Under the pieces are notes generated by a model, which saw only the letters and a program-made list of their open reading frames with translations, was not told where the DNA came from and did not search any database. A DNA stretch of 64,000 nucleotides from Eledone cirrhosa (Eukaryota), in assembly GCA_964016885.1 (NCBI GenBank), contig OZ024742.1, positions 239,010,001 through 239,074,000 on the forward strand. The letters run 5' to 3'. The translations under genes and the position numbers were made by a program. Shown piece by piece: positions 63,666 through 64,000 of the stretch; position 1 is the first letter of the stretch, and each line of letters opens with the position of its first letter.

Positions 63666-64000
63666 ATATAGATTACCCTACTTGCTGCTGGAACTGAATA
63701 CAGTTGAAAACATATAGTTTAGAAGCCTATGTACATGGGCTGATCAGCCATGTCCCAGCAGCAAGTGGTGTAAGGAGCACTAGCTTGATAACGACCAGAG
63801 TCAGAAATGATGAAGTCATTATCACTAATTACTTGTCCTTAGCTTCTACTGACACATGGTAGATGGCGCTATACCATCAGTTTCCAAATTCATAGCTGAA
63901 GGCTTTCAAAATGTTTACTTATAAACATACCGTATATTGCCAGATATACAAATTCACATATTTCATATACACAGCTATATTAGAGCTAACACTCTTATTT

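Overview
AT-rich, microsatellite- and retroelement-dense animal DNA; the repeat make-up (TA/CA microsatellites, RTE LINEs with (GAT)n tails, tRNA-type SINEs) suggests a coleoid cephalopod such as Octopus (inference). Two host genes are supported, divergently oriented and both encoding mitochondrial inner-membrane assembly factors: a 6-exon COX18 on the minus strand (44997-17805, 402 aa by my exon joining) and a TMEM186 CDS in one exon on the plus strand (59088-59816). The rest is repeats: Penelope-like element (PLE) fragments, RTE, CRE-like and Gypsy remnants, Helitron ends, pogo/Tigger-type MITEs, SINEs and a 5.6-kb 14-bp satellite inside COX18 intron 4. The most interesting signal is a set of minimal type I hammerhead ribozyme motifs of several distinct sequence types. 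Four fold-back palindromes next to (TA)n tracts turn around in or beside these motifs, three of them at stem II, which suggests ribozyme-guided snap-back during PLE reverse transcription. All calls were made by eye; repeat boundaries are approximate.
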